Origin: Geosiphon pyriformis uo1
Lineage: Eukaryota; Fungi; Glomeromycota
Assembly (NCBI GenBank): GCA_016748015.1
Contig: JAAOMT010000710.1
Location: forward strand, 372,001-436,000
Direction of reading: 5' to 3'
DNA length: 64,000 bases
Shown: piece by piece, positions 62,201 to 64,000 of the stretch
How the letters are laid out: every line of letters starts with the position of its first letter
Numbering within the stretch: the stretch's first letter is position 1
Notes under the pieces: model-generated
Told to the model about the DNA's origin: nothing
Databases searched by the model: none
What the model saw: only the letters and a program-made list of their open reading frames with translations
Made by a program: the position numbers and the translations under genes

Positions 62201-63778
62201 GTAATTCAAATTATTTTAAATATTTTTTTTACTTCAGCATTATAAAATTGCCTTCATAGAACAGTTTTACAACAGTAAAGACACTGTTTTTGATTGGAAA
62301 ACCTTCAAGCAGTAGAAGTAGTTGAACTTTTATGGCCCAGTTTCCATTTAGTTTGAGCTTTCTATTTATTTTCTTTGTGATATAATTTCTTTTTCTGTCT
62401 ACTTTCTACCTCTGGATGGCTGCAGTTCTATAAACATCTTTAAGTCTTATAAGTTTGAAATTATTTGTAACAGTCTTTTGGGTGTTAAAGCTAATTGACT
62501 TTCAGTCTATACAAATGGATTTTTATGTGGTTTGAGAACTCTGAACATAAAGGCTGGTGGTGTAGCTTTTTTTAAGAATGTAGATTTGAATTTGGGTGTT
62601 GAGGTCTTTGGTTTGGTATCTTCTATTATGGCAGAGTTGCAGATCATTGTATTGGTTTTTGAGTGTATTTTTTTGTCTTATTCAGTTAACTTATATTTGG
62701 AAAGCCAGGCTGCTTTAGATAGTTGCAAGTTGGAATTGAGTTTGGTTTGTTCAGATTTCAGAAATCACTGTTGGATTGAATAATGCCACATTGTAAATAT
62801 CATCTGACATAAAAATTTGAATGTTAATTGGCACAAGATTAAAGATCACTCAGATGTTCTAGATAATAAACATGCTGATATGCTTGTCAGAGCTGCTGCT
62901 CTCTCTAGTTAGTGCCTTCTGTATTTGGTCAGTAAGCATTATATTAGAGCTGGTGGTGATACTGTTTTTGACAACTCTAGACATTTTGTTTGTGAAGTAT
63001 TTTGGTCAGTTTATTGTGTGCATTGGGAAGTTGGTTCTGGTTCCCAGGTTGTGTTGGATAGTTTATGTACAGATATTGATTGGTTTAGATCATCTTTGAT
63101 ATAACATTCTGACTTTCACATGGCTGTTGGTTTTACCAGCAAATATTCTGCTGAGTTCTGTACTTATTTTATAAAAGCTTTATATTATTGGCTACCTGTC
63201 ATTTTGCACAAAAGGCTTTATAACAAGTGCTATTCCAGTGTAGTATGTTTGTTTTGTGGTAAAGTGGAGGTCTTGGACCATGCTTTTTTTTGTGCTTTTG
63301 ATGCTGCAGATTGTGCTTGGTTATTGAATGCTCATACAACTGCTTGGGAAGCTCTTTCTGGTCTTTTTTACTTTGCTTTTTGTGTTTTATAGTTGTTATC
63401 TATCTGTGTTTCTAATATTGTGATTAGTATAACTCTGTATAAGGACTTTGTTTTTAATAATTGGTATTATAAGTCTGTTTTCATTTTTAAGCATTCCAAA
63501 ATAACAAGTCAAAATATTTTTGATTTTATGCACAGGTTTTGCCTGGCTTTTCAGGACAAATTTTGGTTGGTTTGTGTTAAATACAGAGCTTTTATAGAGA
63601 AAAATAACATGATAAATTCATTTCTGCTTTGGTATTTGAACTTTTTTTGATGCTTTCAGCTAGTGTGATAAAATTATTGGATATAGCTAAAGCTATTGGT
63701 ATTGGTTTTGGTCTTCATAAACCTTGTTTGTTTTTTTCAGATATAGAGGACATGGTTTCTGTTCATATAAGTGTTTAG
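59291..63778 (+). pseudogene. LINE B ORF2, remainder (APE, RT, RNase H, Cys finger)
   Basis: GLDQEKVFS, GAFVNDTIW, YLGIFLS, VYTNG, WHKIKDHS, CLFCGKVEVLDHAFFC. Confidence 0.9.
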
Positions 63779-64000
63779 TGTTGTTCTGACTGACTTGAGT
63801 AACTGGTTATATGTAGAAAGTACATAATTCACATTTAATTTAGATCAATTATATAATATATAGTACTAAGTAGTATTTAAATTTCACTTATTAAATGTAT
63901 AAAAAAAAATTAGTAATTAATTATTTAAACAATACTAATATGTTTTTTAAAATATTTAATAAATATTTATATTATTTACAACAAATTTTTAAACAATTTA

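Larger units (their letters stand above)
26866..63909 (+). mobile_element. LINE B, full-length (~6.75 kb net), interrupted by G2/G3/G4
   Basis: 5' UTR matches LINE A 23030-23115; ORF2 rejoins as VFTSG|LDFGY across G2; poly(A) 63901-63909. Confidence 0.9.

Overview
No host gene is recognisable. The window is a nested cluster of eukaryotic retrotransposons, probably fungal; the protein fragments resemble ones I recall from Glomeromycotina such as Geosiphon (unverified). Reconstructed nests: (i) an extremely AT-decayed LINE relic C (+) is interrupted by full-length LINE A (-, 6483-23115), which is interrupted by Ty3/Gypsy element G1 (+, 12804-22686). (ii) Relic C is also interrupted by truncated LINE D (-), which carries a solo LTR (25157-26046). 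(iii) Full-length LINE B (+, ~26866-63909) is interrupted by G2 (+, 29000-59290); the G2 3' LTR is interrupted by G3 (+, 38206-58588); the G3 RT is interrupted by G4 (-, 44261-54444). Most ORFs are pseudogenised by C>T/G>A transitions. The four Gypsy copies belong to two divergent families but share an unusual design: a GTG-initiated, ATG-free ~240-aa Gag extension; one ORF encoding Gag-PR-Cys-rich zinc domain-dUTPase-RT-RNase H that stops right after RNase H; integrase in its own 462-codon ORF; and a third ORF that runs through the PPT into the LTR. Four of five LTR insertions have 4-bp TSDs centred on CpG (NCGN); the fifth (CTGG) is compatible with a decayed CpG.
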